From a virus, in the IMG/VR virus record IMGVR_UViG_3300036770_003984, positions 32,001 to 96,000 of that record: 64,000 bases of DNA; one strand, given 5' to 3'. Numbering within the stretch: position 1 is the first letter of the stretch; every line of letters starts with the position of its first letter. The notes under the pieces were generated by a model that was given only the letters and a program-made list of their open reading frames with translations, had not been told where the DNA came from and ran no database searches. Below are positions 47,458 through 55,335 of this stretch, piece by piece. A program made the position numbers and the translations under genes.

Positions 47458-47542
47458 TAGAGTAGACAGGACTTGAACCTGCAGCGTCACTATGACCCTT
47501 GTTCCCAAAACAAGACGGCTTCCATTTACCGGGTACTACTCT
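47458..47542 (-). tRNA. tRNA-Pro(TGG) with long variable arm
   Basis: AGAGTAG/CTACTCT-A, CTTGT-TT-TGG-GA-ACAAG, variable hairpin GTCA-TAG-TGAC. Confidence 0.75.
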
Positions 47543-47881
47543 ATATTATTAAACCATATATAAATCCAAACAAAAGAACAATTAGAAATATAATTCCAAC
47601 TATAAACAAGTCTGAGTTCTTTGTTTTGTAAGACAAAATTAAGAATAAGATTCCAATAATCAAAAATAAAAGACCAATAATTACTAACATTTTTTAATTA
47701 TTTTTATCATATAAAATCCAAAAACGTAAACTAACCATAAACCAAATTTGAGAACCTAATAGCCAAAACCAAGTCATTAAATCTCGGTCATATTCTATTT
47801 CGTAGACAAATAGACAAAAATATCCTATACCTATTAAAAGCGAAAAAAGTGCAGAAATTTTATTTTTCATATTAGTTTGTT

Positions 47882-48094
47882 TTAATTTTCATCTTTAATT
47901 AAATCTAATACCCATTGTAAGAGTAATATTTTTTCTTTAAAAGAATGTTCAAAATCTTGACACATTACAAAAGATGGGTCACCCTCTTTTATAGTTTCTT
48001 CTGTCCATTTAAAATTTATTTGTCTATCTTTCCAATACTTCACACGTTTTTCAAACTCTTCTATTTTTTCAAGTATTTTTTTTCTTGCGTTCAT
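47882..48094 (-). CDS. Hypothetical protein
   Basis: 70 aa. Confidence 0.6.
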   Translation of the reverse strand: MNARKKILEKIEEFEKRVKYWKDRQINFKWTEETIKEGDPSFVMCQDFEHSFKEKILLLQWVLDLIKDEN

Positions 48095-48121
48095 TATATT
48101 TTAATTTTATAGTTTAAAAAA

Positions 48122-48248
48122 TAGTCCTGACAGGATTCGAACCTGTATTATGTGTGGACTCGAACCACTTTGAAAGGTGTTTCCTTTCCTGTAAACCCAG
48201 TACAGCTCCCAATATCTGAGAGGCGTCTACCAATTCCGCCACAGGACT
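48122..48248 (-). ncRNA. tRNA-scaffold RNA H (127 nt)
   Basis: AGTCCTG/CAGGACT-A; insert with GTGG-TTCGAGT-CCAC. Confidence 0.75.
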
Positions 48249-48416
48249 AAAATTCTACCATCTTACATATACACTAAAAAATAATAGTGCAATTGTGAAC
48301 ACTCGTTTTGTCCGACTGTGTGGGGTTCGTTGATATGACAATCCCAAATCGAACCACCATTCTTTATTGTCTAGTGTATTTAATGTGATTTCAACTTTCA
48401 TAACTTTTAATTTTTG

Positions 48417-48546
48417 TAGTCCTGACAGGATTCGAACCCGTATTAAGCTACATATTGTTTATGTTAGACCTTTCGCTCCAATCCTAGTATTAAGGAGTGT
48501 CTGAACATTCAATCTTCACTCTACCCTTAGCTTTCGCCACAGGACT
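48417..48546 (-). ncRNA. tRNA-scaffold RNA I (130 nt), D arm eroded
   Basis: Acceptor and T arm intact; AAGCTA/TAGCTT closes the insert. Confidence 0.6.
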
Positions 48547-48712
48547 AAATTTATTTAAAGTACACCAATTGCTTTTAATACAAATGGCGTTATTGCACAA
48601 GTAAGAACCAATAAATAAAACCACATTGGCATTACTCCGCTAATTTCGTTTCCTACTTTTCTATTTAAAAACTCTTTAAGCTCTTTCATAACTTTTATTT
48701 TTTAATTTTTTG

Positions 48713-48860
48713 TAGTCCTGACAGGATTCGAACCTGTAAAAATTAAGCATGTACTCGTCACTCGGATAATCTGTACAACACTATGACTTTGCATATTTAC
48801 TCCGAGAAAATATACTGCCTTAGTTATCTTAATAGCGTCTACCAATTCCGCCATAGGACT
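48713..48860 (-). ncRNA. tRNA-scaffold RNA J (148 nt)
   Basis: Family ends; ATTAAG/CTTAAT and CTCGGA/TCCGAG helices; TTTG...TAATTTTG promoter 9 nt upstream. Confidence 0.75.
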
Positions 48861-49016
48861 ATTGTATCACAAAATTACGATTTCATTTTCTAATTTCCAA
48901 ACACTTTGGAATATTTTTTTATTCATTTAAAATGATTAGGTGGGTCGCTCATCTCCACTGTCTGCATTCCTTTGAGTTATGAACTCAACTGCTCTAATCT
49001 TATTAAGATTTTTCTG

Positions 49017-49103
49017 CGGAGGACAGAGGACACGAACCCCACACCATACTTGGTGCCACTCGCTTAGCAGGCGGTGGTAACGACCCTGATTACTTTATCC
49101 TCC
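49017..49103 (-). tRNA. tRNA-Ser(GCT)
   Basis: G73, long arm, loop CT-GCT-AA. Confidence 0.82.
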
Positions 49104-49108
49104 AATTG

Positions 49109-49339
49109 TTAACGTATGTGAACTCTGTCGTGGTCAGTTCCAACTATAACTGATACCTCATTTATAGTGTCATAATCTCCACCATAATCAATATCAATGG
49201 TTACTTCATAGTCATTATAACCTTCATCAGCTAATTCTTGTAATTTATCAATTAACCATTTTACAGTCTTAACTTTAGGTTTCACTGGTGTTTTTTCGGG
49301 TACATACCACACCCCATTTATTTGAATCCTATTTTCCAT
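49109..49339 (-). CDS. Hypothetical protein
   Basis: 76 aa. Confidence 0.6.
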   Translation of the reverse strand: MENRIQINGVWYVPEKTPVKPKVKTVKWLIDKLQELADEGYNDYEVTIDIDYGGDYDTINEVSVIVGTDHDRVHIR

Positions 49340-49422
49340 ATTTTTAATTATTTTTGTTTAAGGTTATCATTTACATAAACCTATCCAATAATTATTTAGT
49401 TCCAAGATTTAAATTTTTTTTG

Positions 49423-49545
49423 TAGTCTTGATAGGATTTGAACCTATACGATAACTGAGAACTGATTTACCCTGCTAATAGTTTAAAGGAGATTCACCTT
49501 CCAGCTAAGTTATCACAGCTGCGTCTACCATTCCGCCACAAGACT
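49423..49545 (-). ncRNA. tRNA-scaffold RNA K (123 nt)
   Basis: AGTCTTG/CAAGACT-A; insert closed by GATAACT/AGTTATC. Confidence 0.75.
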
Positions 49546-49553
49546 GAGTTTTG

Positions 49554-49626
49554 TAGTCCCAGCCCGATTTGAACGGGCATCTTATCATCCGTAGTGATAG
49601 ATTCTAATCCATTGAACTATGGGACT
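49554..49626 (-). tRNA. tRNA-Arg(ACG)
   Basis: TATCA-CT-ACG-GA-TGATA. Confidence 0.88.
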
Positions 49627-49635
49627 AAATATTTG

Positions 49636-49722
49636 CGGAAAGCTGAGGTGTCGATCCCCATACAATACAATTGTACCTATCGTTTTCAAGACGTAGACTC
49701 GGGCCGCCGAGCTTAACTTTCC
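49636..49722 (-). tRNA. tRNA-Ser(TGA)
   Basis: G73, long arm; T-loop ATCGACA is atypical. Confidence 0.78.
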
Positions 49723-49732
49723 AATTTGTTTG

Positions 49733-49807
49733 GTGGTATGATGGGATTTGAACCCACACATACATCATCCACAATGATGCCCCTCTACCAGTTGGGGTAC
49801 ATACCAC
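49733..49807 (-). tRNA. tRNA-His(GTG)
   Basis: G-1:C73, loop TT-GTG-GA. Confidence 0.85.
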
Positions 49808-49818
49808 ATATAATTGTT

Positions 49819-49894
49819 TGGTGGTGGGAGTAGGAATCGAACCTACATTAAATAATCTTCAGCTATTCGCCTTGACCAACTTGGCAATCCCACC
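49819..49894 (-). tRNA. tRNA-Phe(GAA)
   Basis: Canonical; encoded CCA. Confidence 0.88.
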
Positions 49895-50054
49895 ATAAAT
49901 TAGAGTAAGTATCCACCACGTTTAAGGCTGGTTGTGGACAGTGCTACCTACGACCTTTCCTTACTCTCCCACAAAATTACGACCCTTCATTCTTATTTCC
50001 AAATGTTTTATCAAGTTTTTTTTTAAAGTGGTCAAATTTCACCACTTTAGATTG

Positions 50055-50127
50055 TTCCCCCTGATGGAATTGAACCACCATCCTCAGATTCAAAATCTGA
50101 TGTAATCAACCTTTATACCAAGGGGGA
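50055..50127 (-). tRNA. tRNA-Gln(TTG)
   Basis: TCAGA-TT-TTG-AA-TCTGA. Confidence 0.85.
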
Positions 50128-50143
50128 TTATATTTTACCAACG

Positions 50144-50155
50144 ATGTCAAAGAAC
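50144..50155 (-). promoter_or_regulatory. boxA-like antitermination element
   Basis: GTTCTTTGACAT between the terminator and the first tRNA of the array. Confidence 0.45.
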
Positions 50156-50158
50156 ACA

Positions 50159-50190
50159 AAAAAACCCTGAACGTCTTTTGTCCAGGGTTT
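50159..50190 (-). terminator. Intrinsic terminator / attenuator
   Basis: AAACCCTG/CAGGGTTT followed by a U tract. Confidence 0.75.
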
Positions 50191-50217
50191 GTATAAAAAA
50201 TTAATATTTTTTTACCA

Positions 50218-50313
50218 TCAAGAGATTCCACCTGAACCATAAGAATCCGCTGACCAACAATTTTTAAATTGCGGTTGTACTGACTTACTAATATGGTTTA
50301 TCGATGTTCTCAT
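50218..50313 (-). CDS. Candidate leader peptide (31 aa)
   Basis: MRTSINHISKSVQPQFKNCWSADSYGSGGIS*; TATTTATA motif upstream, terminator downstream. Confidence 0.5.
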   Translation of the reverse strand: MRTSINHISKSVQPQFKNCWSADSYGSGGIS

Positions 50314-50356
50314 TTTTGTTATTTGTTTATAAATATTACTAAATTATTAAAAAGTT

Positions 50357-50421
50357 TGGTTCGGAATGATTTTTTAAGATGTGCTGTCTTTTTTAAGTTG
50401 CTGAAGTCATTCGTTATAACC
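50357..50421 (-). ncRNA. Y-RNA-like element 3 (minimal)
   Basis: GGTT/AACC, internal loop, GAATGA/TCATTC, then CTTCAGCAA. Confidence 0.55.
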
Positions 50422-50423
50422 TT

Positions 50424-50497
50424 AATTGTCAGGATAGTTTTTGTTCAAATTTACAAGTTTTGATTTTTTTAGTTTGCTGAATCTATCCTTTGTTCTA
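50424..50497 (-). ncRNA. Y-RNA-like element 2 (minimal)
   Basis: GGATAG/CTATCC followed by ATTCAGCAA; 3' TG after the helix. Confidence 0.5.
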
Positions 50498-50544
50498 TAT
50501 AACGTAAAATTAATTTAAAAGTTTCATTAAGTCAAGAAAAAATA

Positions 50545-50727
50545 GGAAAAATTGGTTTCAGAATGGGTTTTGGTTAGTAATTTATTTCCGTGCGATTAGA
50601 AAAGTGAGACTAACCCCCCTCCTTATCAGAGGGTGACAGGGTTTGAACCTATCCTCGGCCACCATTTTGATTAATTGATTTGTTGTGTTAACTTTGCAGT
50701 AATCATTCCTTTTAAACCAATTTTTCC
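50545..50727 (-). ncRNA. Y-RNA-like element 1 with tRNA-like domain (YrlA-like)
   Basis: 14-bp terminal stem, GAATG/CATTC, internal T arm ATAGG-TTCAAAC-CCTGT, then a loop-closed acceptor-like helix. Confidence 0.65.
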
Positions 50728-50733
50728 ATTTTT

Positions 50734-52137
50734 TTAAACTTCTATCATCTTGTATCTTTCGGACTCGATGGTTTCGGTCATAATTAATACTGGTGATAGT
50801 TCTTTTCCACCAAGAATTGACTTCAAGATTGATGGACTAAAACCAGATATTAACGCTGTACCACTTTCATTAAAACGAACTGGGAAGTTATCTCCTCTTG
50901 ATTGTATGTTCCAAAAGATAATACCAGGTAGTTGATATCCACTATTCTCATATTCTTCACGAATCATTTGAATTGCGGAATTATTACGCCCAGTTGCTTG
51001 ATTAAATTCCATATCCGATAAGATAAGGATTTTAGTCGGCATTTCACTTTGAGGTACATTGTGTTTAATTGATTGGTTTAGAATCAATTTGAACACAGAC
51101 TCCAAGTTTGTACTCATACCCCAATCAGCAGTACGTAGTTGTATGTATCTATTATATAGATTACCACTCAACTTTTGTAATTTTGGTTTTTCAGAGAATG
51201 TAATGAAAGAGTCTTTAAAAGAACCTTCATTTCTTTCTGAAATGTACAATCCCAATGATACTGCAACATCCATACAAGATAGATTATTGTTGTTACCAGC
51301 ACTAGTAGACATTGAACCTGATACATCAACTACTGGTAAAATTCTTTCGGTACTTCCTTCCATAAAGTTGGGAAGAGCTTTCCATTGTTCTACAGCCAAA
51401 TCTTTGACACCTTGCCCCAAAGTTTTAACTATATCATATGGATATACAGCCCCAGCATTTACTTTAGTTTCACCTTTTTTCAATGATTCCAAGTATACTC
51501 CAAAACCAGTTAAATCGTGTTTAGAGAATGCTTTGGTGTATCGAGCCATAGCTAAAGATGGTACTTTTGAGTATTCAATATTTGTCCACTCGTTAGCACA
51601 CATCTTTTGCTCGACCGTTTTGGAAAGAACAACCAACATTTTACGTAATGTTTTTGGTGTAAGACCCATAACCTTCCTGATTGAGTTAAAAATAACTCCT
51701 TTTCTTGGCATCCACTTTGCACATAGTCCATTTTTGGCTTCTAAACCTTGTACTATTGTGTCAATCGCATCGTCATTCACTTTTGTATTGAATAGGACTG
51801 TAAGATCGTCCCAACGACCGAATTCAGGGATGAATTTGATATTCTTTGCCAATACTTCTGGTGCCACCTCTGCTAAGAGTTGGATTATATCACGGAATAT
51901 TTGTCTTTCACCAGCACCACCACGAACATCTCTTACCCAAAATAATATACGCAATGCTGTCTGAGGATTCTCAATGAAAGCCTTTGAGAATAGACTTAAC
52001 AATCTTTCTTTGTCTTGTCCTCTCATTGCTCCAATGGTGAAGAATAGATTCACACACTCGTTAAGAGTTGATGAATTTGTAACCATACCATTTTCAGTTA
52101 AGGTATCTTCTGTTTGTAATGCGTCTAAGAAGTTCAT
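50734..52137 (-). CDS. TROVE/Ro60-like protein with vWA domain (DUF2828 family)
   Basis: TENG..SST, FWVRDVRGGAGER, GRWDD, AKWMPR, VVDVSGSM (MIDAS), ILSDMEF, FWN, SGFSP. Confidence 0.8.
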   Translation of the reverse strand: MNFLDALQTEDTLTENGMVTNSSTLNECVNLFFTIGAMRGQDKERLLSLFSKAFIENPQTALRILFWVRDVRGGAGERQIFRDIIQLLAEVAPEVLAKNIKFIPEFGRWDDLTVLFNTKVNDDAIDTIVQGLEAKNGLCAKWMPRKGVIFNSIRKVMGLTPKTLRKMLVVLSKTVEQKMCANEWTNIEYSKVPSLAMARYTKAFSKHDLTGFGVYLESLKKGETKVNAGAVYPYDIVKTLGQGVKDLAVEQWKALPNFMEGSTERILPVVDVSGSMSTSAGNNNNLSCMDVAVSLGLYISERNEGSFKDSFITFSEKPKLQKLSGNLYNRYIQLRTADWGMSTNLESVFKLILNQSIKHNVPQSEMPTKILILSDMEFNQATGRNNSAIQMIREEYENSGYQLPGIIFWNIQSRGDNFPVRFNESGTALISGFSPSILKSILGGKELSPVLIMTETIESERYKMIEV

Positions 52138-52203
52138 AATATTCTGTTTTTGAATTTGTTTTGAAAGTATATAATTAATACTTTGGTTTGTCAAGGGTTT
52201 TGA

Positions 52204-52476
52204 TTAAAATCTTTTTGCTATTTTTTCAATTAATTCAGTTTCTTCATCACTTAGTAGAAATCTATTACTTCTTATCTTTTCAATGGTTTCATACCAAGTA
52301 ACTTCACTAAGAGATAGACTTTGAGTCTTACTATAAGTTGTCAATGTTTTAGGTAATTTACCTTCCTCAACCAAACATTTGATTATTTTCTCAATATCTC
52401 TATCGGAACATTGATAAATGAAGTCTTCAACATCTATGTCAACTTCAGCTTCTACTTCTTGATAAAATCTAGGCAT
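52204..52476 (-). CDS. Hypothetical protein
   Basis: 90 aa. Confidence 0.65.
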   Translation of the reverse strand: MPRFYQEVEAEVDIDVEDFIYQCSDRDIEKIIKCLVEEGKLPKTLTTYSKTQSLSLSEVTWYETIEKIRSNRFLLSDEETELIEKIAKRF

Positions 52477-52480
52477 AATT

Positions 52481-52858
52481 TTAATTTTTTAAATCTTGTA
52501 TTTGAATTAAATAATCTGTTACTTCTTTTGGACTTAGAAATCCAAGAACATCATTTGTAACTGGTGTATCATAAGTTAAATTACCTTCATTATCAAGAAC
52601 TGCTAATTCATAAAGACCTTTTTTACCACCATATGAATGTTCATGACGAATTACCGAAGCACCATACCCATTTTTAAACATAATTTTACCTGCAACACCT
52701 CCATAATGGGGCATAAAGTTAATATCCTCAAATGTTTTGTAATGTAAATCACAAAGTTCAATTAATTTATTGACACTTAGTCCAAATAGTTCTGATGTCT
52801 TGATTAAACCATCAGTTTCAATATTTGATTTTATTGCTTCAAGTGTTTTCTGTTTCAT
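52481..52858 (-). CDS. Hypothetical phage protein
   Basis: FKNGYGASVI...SYGG..GLYELAV motif. Confidence 0.7.
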   Translation of the reverse strand: MKQKTLEAIKSNIETDGLIKTSELFGLSVNKLIELCDLHYKTFEDINFMPHYGGVAGKIMFKNGYGASVIRHEHSYGGKKGLYELAVLDNEGNLTYDTPVTNDVLGFLSPKEVTDYLIQIQDLKN

Positions 52859-53002
52859 TGGGATTAATTTTACACAAAAATATGGTTTAATATTCAAACA
52901 AACAAATTTTTCATTCAAAAATGAATAAAATATTTTTTCTTATTTGATAATATGTAAAAGAGTATTTAGATTTGATTGAAATGTATAATCAACAAAACAA
53001 AT

Positions 53003-53494
53003 ATGGAAAAAGTATTAGTATTAAATGCGGATTTCACCCCAATAAATGTAACATCTGTATATAAAGGATTTATCTTGGTTAATAAAGGTAAGGCTGAAGT
53101 TATCAAAGCAAGTGATAAACCAATTTTATCTGGTGTTAATCAGTTTGTACGACCATTAATAATTAGATTATTAAATTTTGTTAAGTTTAGAGTCAACAAA
53201 TTAAGAATCAATAGACAAAGAATTTACAAAAGAGATAATAATGAATGTACTTATTGTGGTAGTAAGAAAAATTTAACAATTGATCACATTATACCCAAAT
53301 CAAAAGGAGGACAAAACACTTGGATGAATTTAATTACTTGTTGTTCAAGTTGTAATAGATTAAAAGGAGATAGAACACCAGAAGAAGCAAATATGAGATT
53401 AAATATTAGACCTTATGAACCAACAATTTTTTCAGAGATATTAAATTCATCAGTTGGTGAGGTTTGGAAAGAATTTAAAAACACAATCTACTAA
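53003..53494 (+). CDS. HNH endonuclease (McrA-like)
   Basis: VLVLNA...IYKRDNNECTYCG...TIDHIIPKSKGG.NTWMNL...C..CN..KG.RTPEEA. Confidence 0.9.
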   Translation: MEKVLVLNADFTPINVTSVYKGFILVNKGKAEVIKASDKPILSGVNQFVRPLIIRLLNFVKFRVNKLRINRQRIYKRDNNECTYCGSKKNLTIDHIIPKSKGGQNTWMNLITCCSSCNRLKGDRTPEEANMRLNIRPYEPTIFSEILNSSVGEVWKEFKNTIY

Positions 53495-53599
53495 AACACA
53501 AAAGGACGTTTTCACGTCCTTTTGGTAGATGTTGGATACCTCCCTTTCTTTTAGTCGAGTTTATCCCATGTAAGCACTACCTTACAGGTATCTTTAAAA

Positions 53600-54217
53600 T
53601 TATTTGTTTTTTTCCATTGATTCAAATCCATTGCCAAACTTTTTTATTGTTGGACAAATGCTTCCAAGTAATTTTTCTTTCATTTTTTCTAGTAACTCAC
53701 CTTGTTCAAGCGTTTCTACCAAAGCATTTCTAATTAAATCGGATATACCACTAGTAAATCCCATTTGTCTTTTAACATGTTCAAGTGACCCCTCAACAAT
53801 TGATTTAGCTAATTGAGTTGTAACGAATTCACAATTACCTAATTTAGGTATTTCATTTATATCAATATCACCCAAACCCGTAACAATTACATTGGCCGCC
53901 CAAGAATCTTTTTTTGATGGTGCTACTGTATTTATAATTCCTCTAATTACTTTTTCTTTTATTGTGTCCCATAACCATGTTGGAAATCCTTTCCAAGAAT
54001 CTTCATTAATTAGTTTTGAATAATGTCCATTTGATTCTAGTATGATTAACTCATTGAACACCTTCATTGCGATATTTTCTTTTTCTCTTTTAGATTCAAA
54101 AATATTATCATAAACCTCAAATTGCAATCTTTTTAACTTATGTAGTGATTTTTGATAATTTTGTTTTTCAAGTTTAACACCTAAAAGATTTTCTTTAATT
54201 ATATTTTTGAGTTCCAT
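53600..54217 (-). CDS. Hypothetical, candidate head-associated protein
   Basis: MELKNIIKENLL N-terminus. Confidence 0.7.
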   Translation of the reverse strand: MELKNIIKENLLGVKLEKQNYQKSLHKLKRLQFEVYDNIFESKREKENIAMKVFNELIILESNGHYSKLINEDSWKGFPTWLWDTIKEKVIRGIINTVAPSKKDSWAANVIVTGLGDIDINEIPKLGNCEFVTTQLAKSIVEGSLEHVKRQMGFTSGISDLIRNALVETLEQGELLEKMKEKLLGSICPTIKKFGNGFESMEKNK

Positions 54218-54239
54218 ATTTTTTTATTTATAAATAGTC

Positions 54240-54494
54240 TCATAATAGAGTATTTGCCTTACCTCGTGTAACTTTTACAATATCTCTCCATTTTGTTAAT
54301 CCAATTTGATTTGCTGGACCTCTAGTAACCCCAGATTCCCATTTTGTAACTGTTGGGTATTTAGTTCCCCCTCCTGTTGTTGCTCCACCAGTAGCTGGTG
54401 GAGCGTCTTGTTCATCCAATTCGCCATCAATACCTTTTTTTGTTGTATATCGTTTCATTAGACTAATTAAGTCATCAATTTCATAATTTTCCAT
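54240..54494 (-). CDS. Hypothetical protein
   Basis: 84 aa. Confidence 0.65.
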   Translation of the reverse strand: MENYEIDDLISLMKRYTTKKGIDGELDEQDAPPATGGATTGGGTKYPTVTKWESGVTRGPANQIGLTKWRDIVKVTRGKANTLL

Positions 54495-54787
54495 TATAAC
54501 AATTCCGATTTTGGTAATTTATCTGTGAATAAAACATAATATTCATTTAAAAAAGATAAAATTTCATTTTCATCAATAAATAAATCATCATCAATATCAT
54601 CATAATCATCACTTGAAGTAAATTCATCTATATTCATATGGAAATTATACCCAAAATCATCAATTTCAATAAATGGTATTTTACCCTCCCTACATTCTTC
54701 ATCAGAATCAGAATTAGTTCTAAATGTGACTTCTAAAACTTCTTCTAACTTGTTAATATGAAATGTTATTACTTCTATGATTTCCAT
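54494..54787 (-). CDS. Hypothetical acidic protein
   Basis: 97 aa. Confidence 0.65.
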   Translation of the reverse strand: MEIIEVITFHINKLEEVLEVTFRTNSDSDEECREGKIPFIEIDDFGYNFHMNIDEFTSSDDYDDIDDDLFIDENEILSFLNEYYVLFTDKLPKSELL

Positions 54788-54789
54788 TT

Positions 54790-55287
54790 TTAATAATTTT
54801 TAAAACGTTTAAACATATCTAAAGTCTTATTAACTTGCTCTTGTAATTGTTCTTCCTCAACATCAAATTCGTCACCAAGTTCATATATGTCAATATCGGT
54901 AAATTTTGGTTCATCTGTTAGTTCTAATTCAAATTCAGTTTTGTCATCAAATGTACCATATTCCATATGAGGAGGATTGCCAATCATATCTTCACCAGTA
55001 AATTTTTCTTTAGTTGGTGTCATATACGTGTCTTCTTCCTCAGAAAATAATCCAGTACTTTTACCATCATACCTCATTTCATTTATTCTCATATTAGTAT
55101 ATGTTTTAACTTCACCTTTATTATTAACTGTTAATCCACCTTTATCATTGGCATAATCTTGGACATAAAGTGGTTGTTGATTTATTTGTTGTCCATATGT
55201 TGTCACAAATCCATCATAGACTTGTCTGTGTTGGTCAAGAATGTCATTCCTTTCCGCTTTGTTCATTTTAAAAAAATATGCGTTCAT
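54790..55287 (-). CDS. Hypothetical, candidate head-associated protein
   Basis: KAERNDILDQH N-terminal motif; LQEQVNKTLDMFKRF C-terminus. Confidence 0.7.
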   Translation of the reverse strand: MNAYFFKMNKAERNDILDQHRQVYDGFVTTYGQQINQQPLYVQDYANDKGGLTVNNKGEVKTYTNMRINEMRYDGKSTGLFSEEEDTYMTPTKEKFTGEDMIGNPPHMEYGTFDDKTEFELELTDEPKFTDIDIYELGDEFDVEEEQLQEQVNKTLDMFKRFKNY

Positions 55288-55335
55288 GTTCTTTTTATTT
55301 ATAAATATTATGTATTTATTTAAATATTTATTGAT

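Noticed and set aside
35660-49545. CRISPR array (constant repeats with variable spacers)
   Set aside because: The repeats are tRNA acceptor/D/T arms in two different halves, dispersed among genes, with insert lengths from about 25 to 97 nt; no cas genes are present.
35660-49545. Group I intron-containing tRNAs
   Set aside because: Inserts are under 100 nt, lack recognisable P7/R-S core sequences, and no split anticodon arm can be reconstituted.
50128-50150. Sigma70 promoter TTGACA...TATAAT before tRNA-Gln
   Set aside because: The spacer is only 12 nt and TATAAT overlaps the tRNA's first base; a boxA-like reading fits better.
51059-51964. 301-aa plus-strand ORF
   Set aside because: Antisense shadow of the TROVE-like gene with no motifs. 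The other antisense or nested ORFs in the track (e.g. 5768, 10153, 11378, 15004, 16349, 16362, 59423) are rejected likewise.
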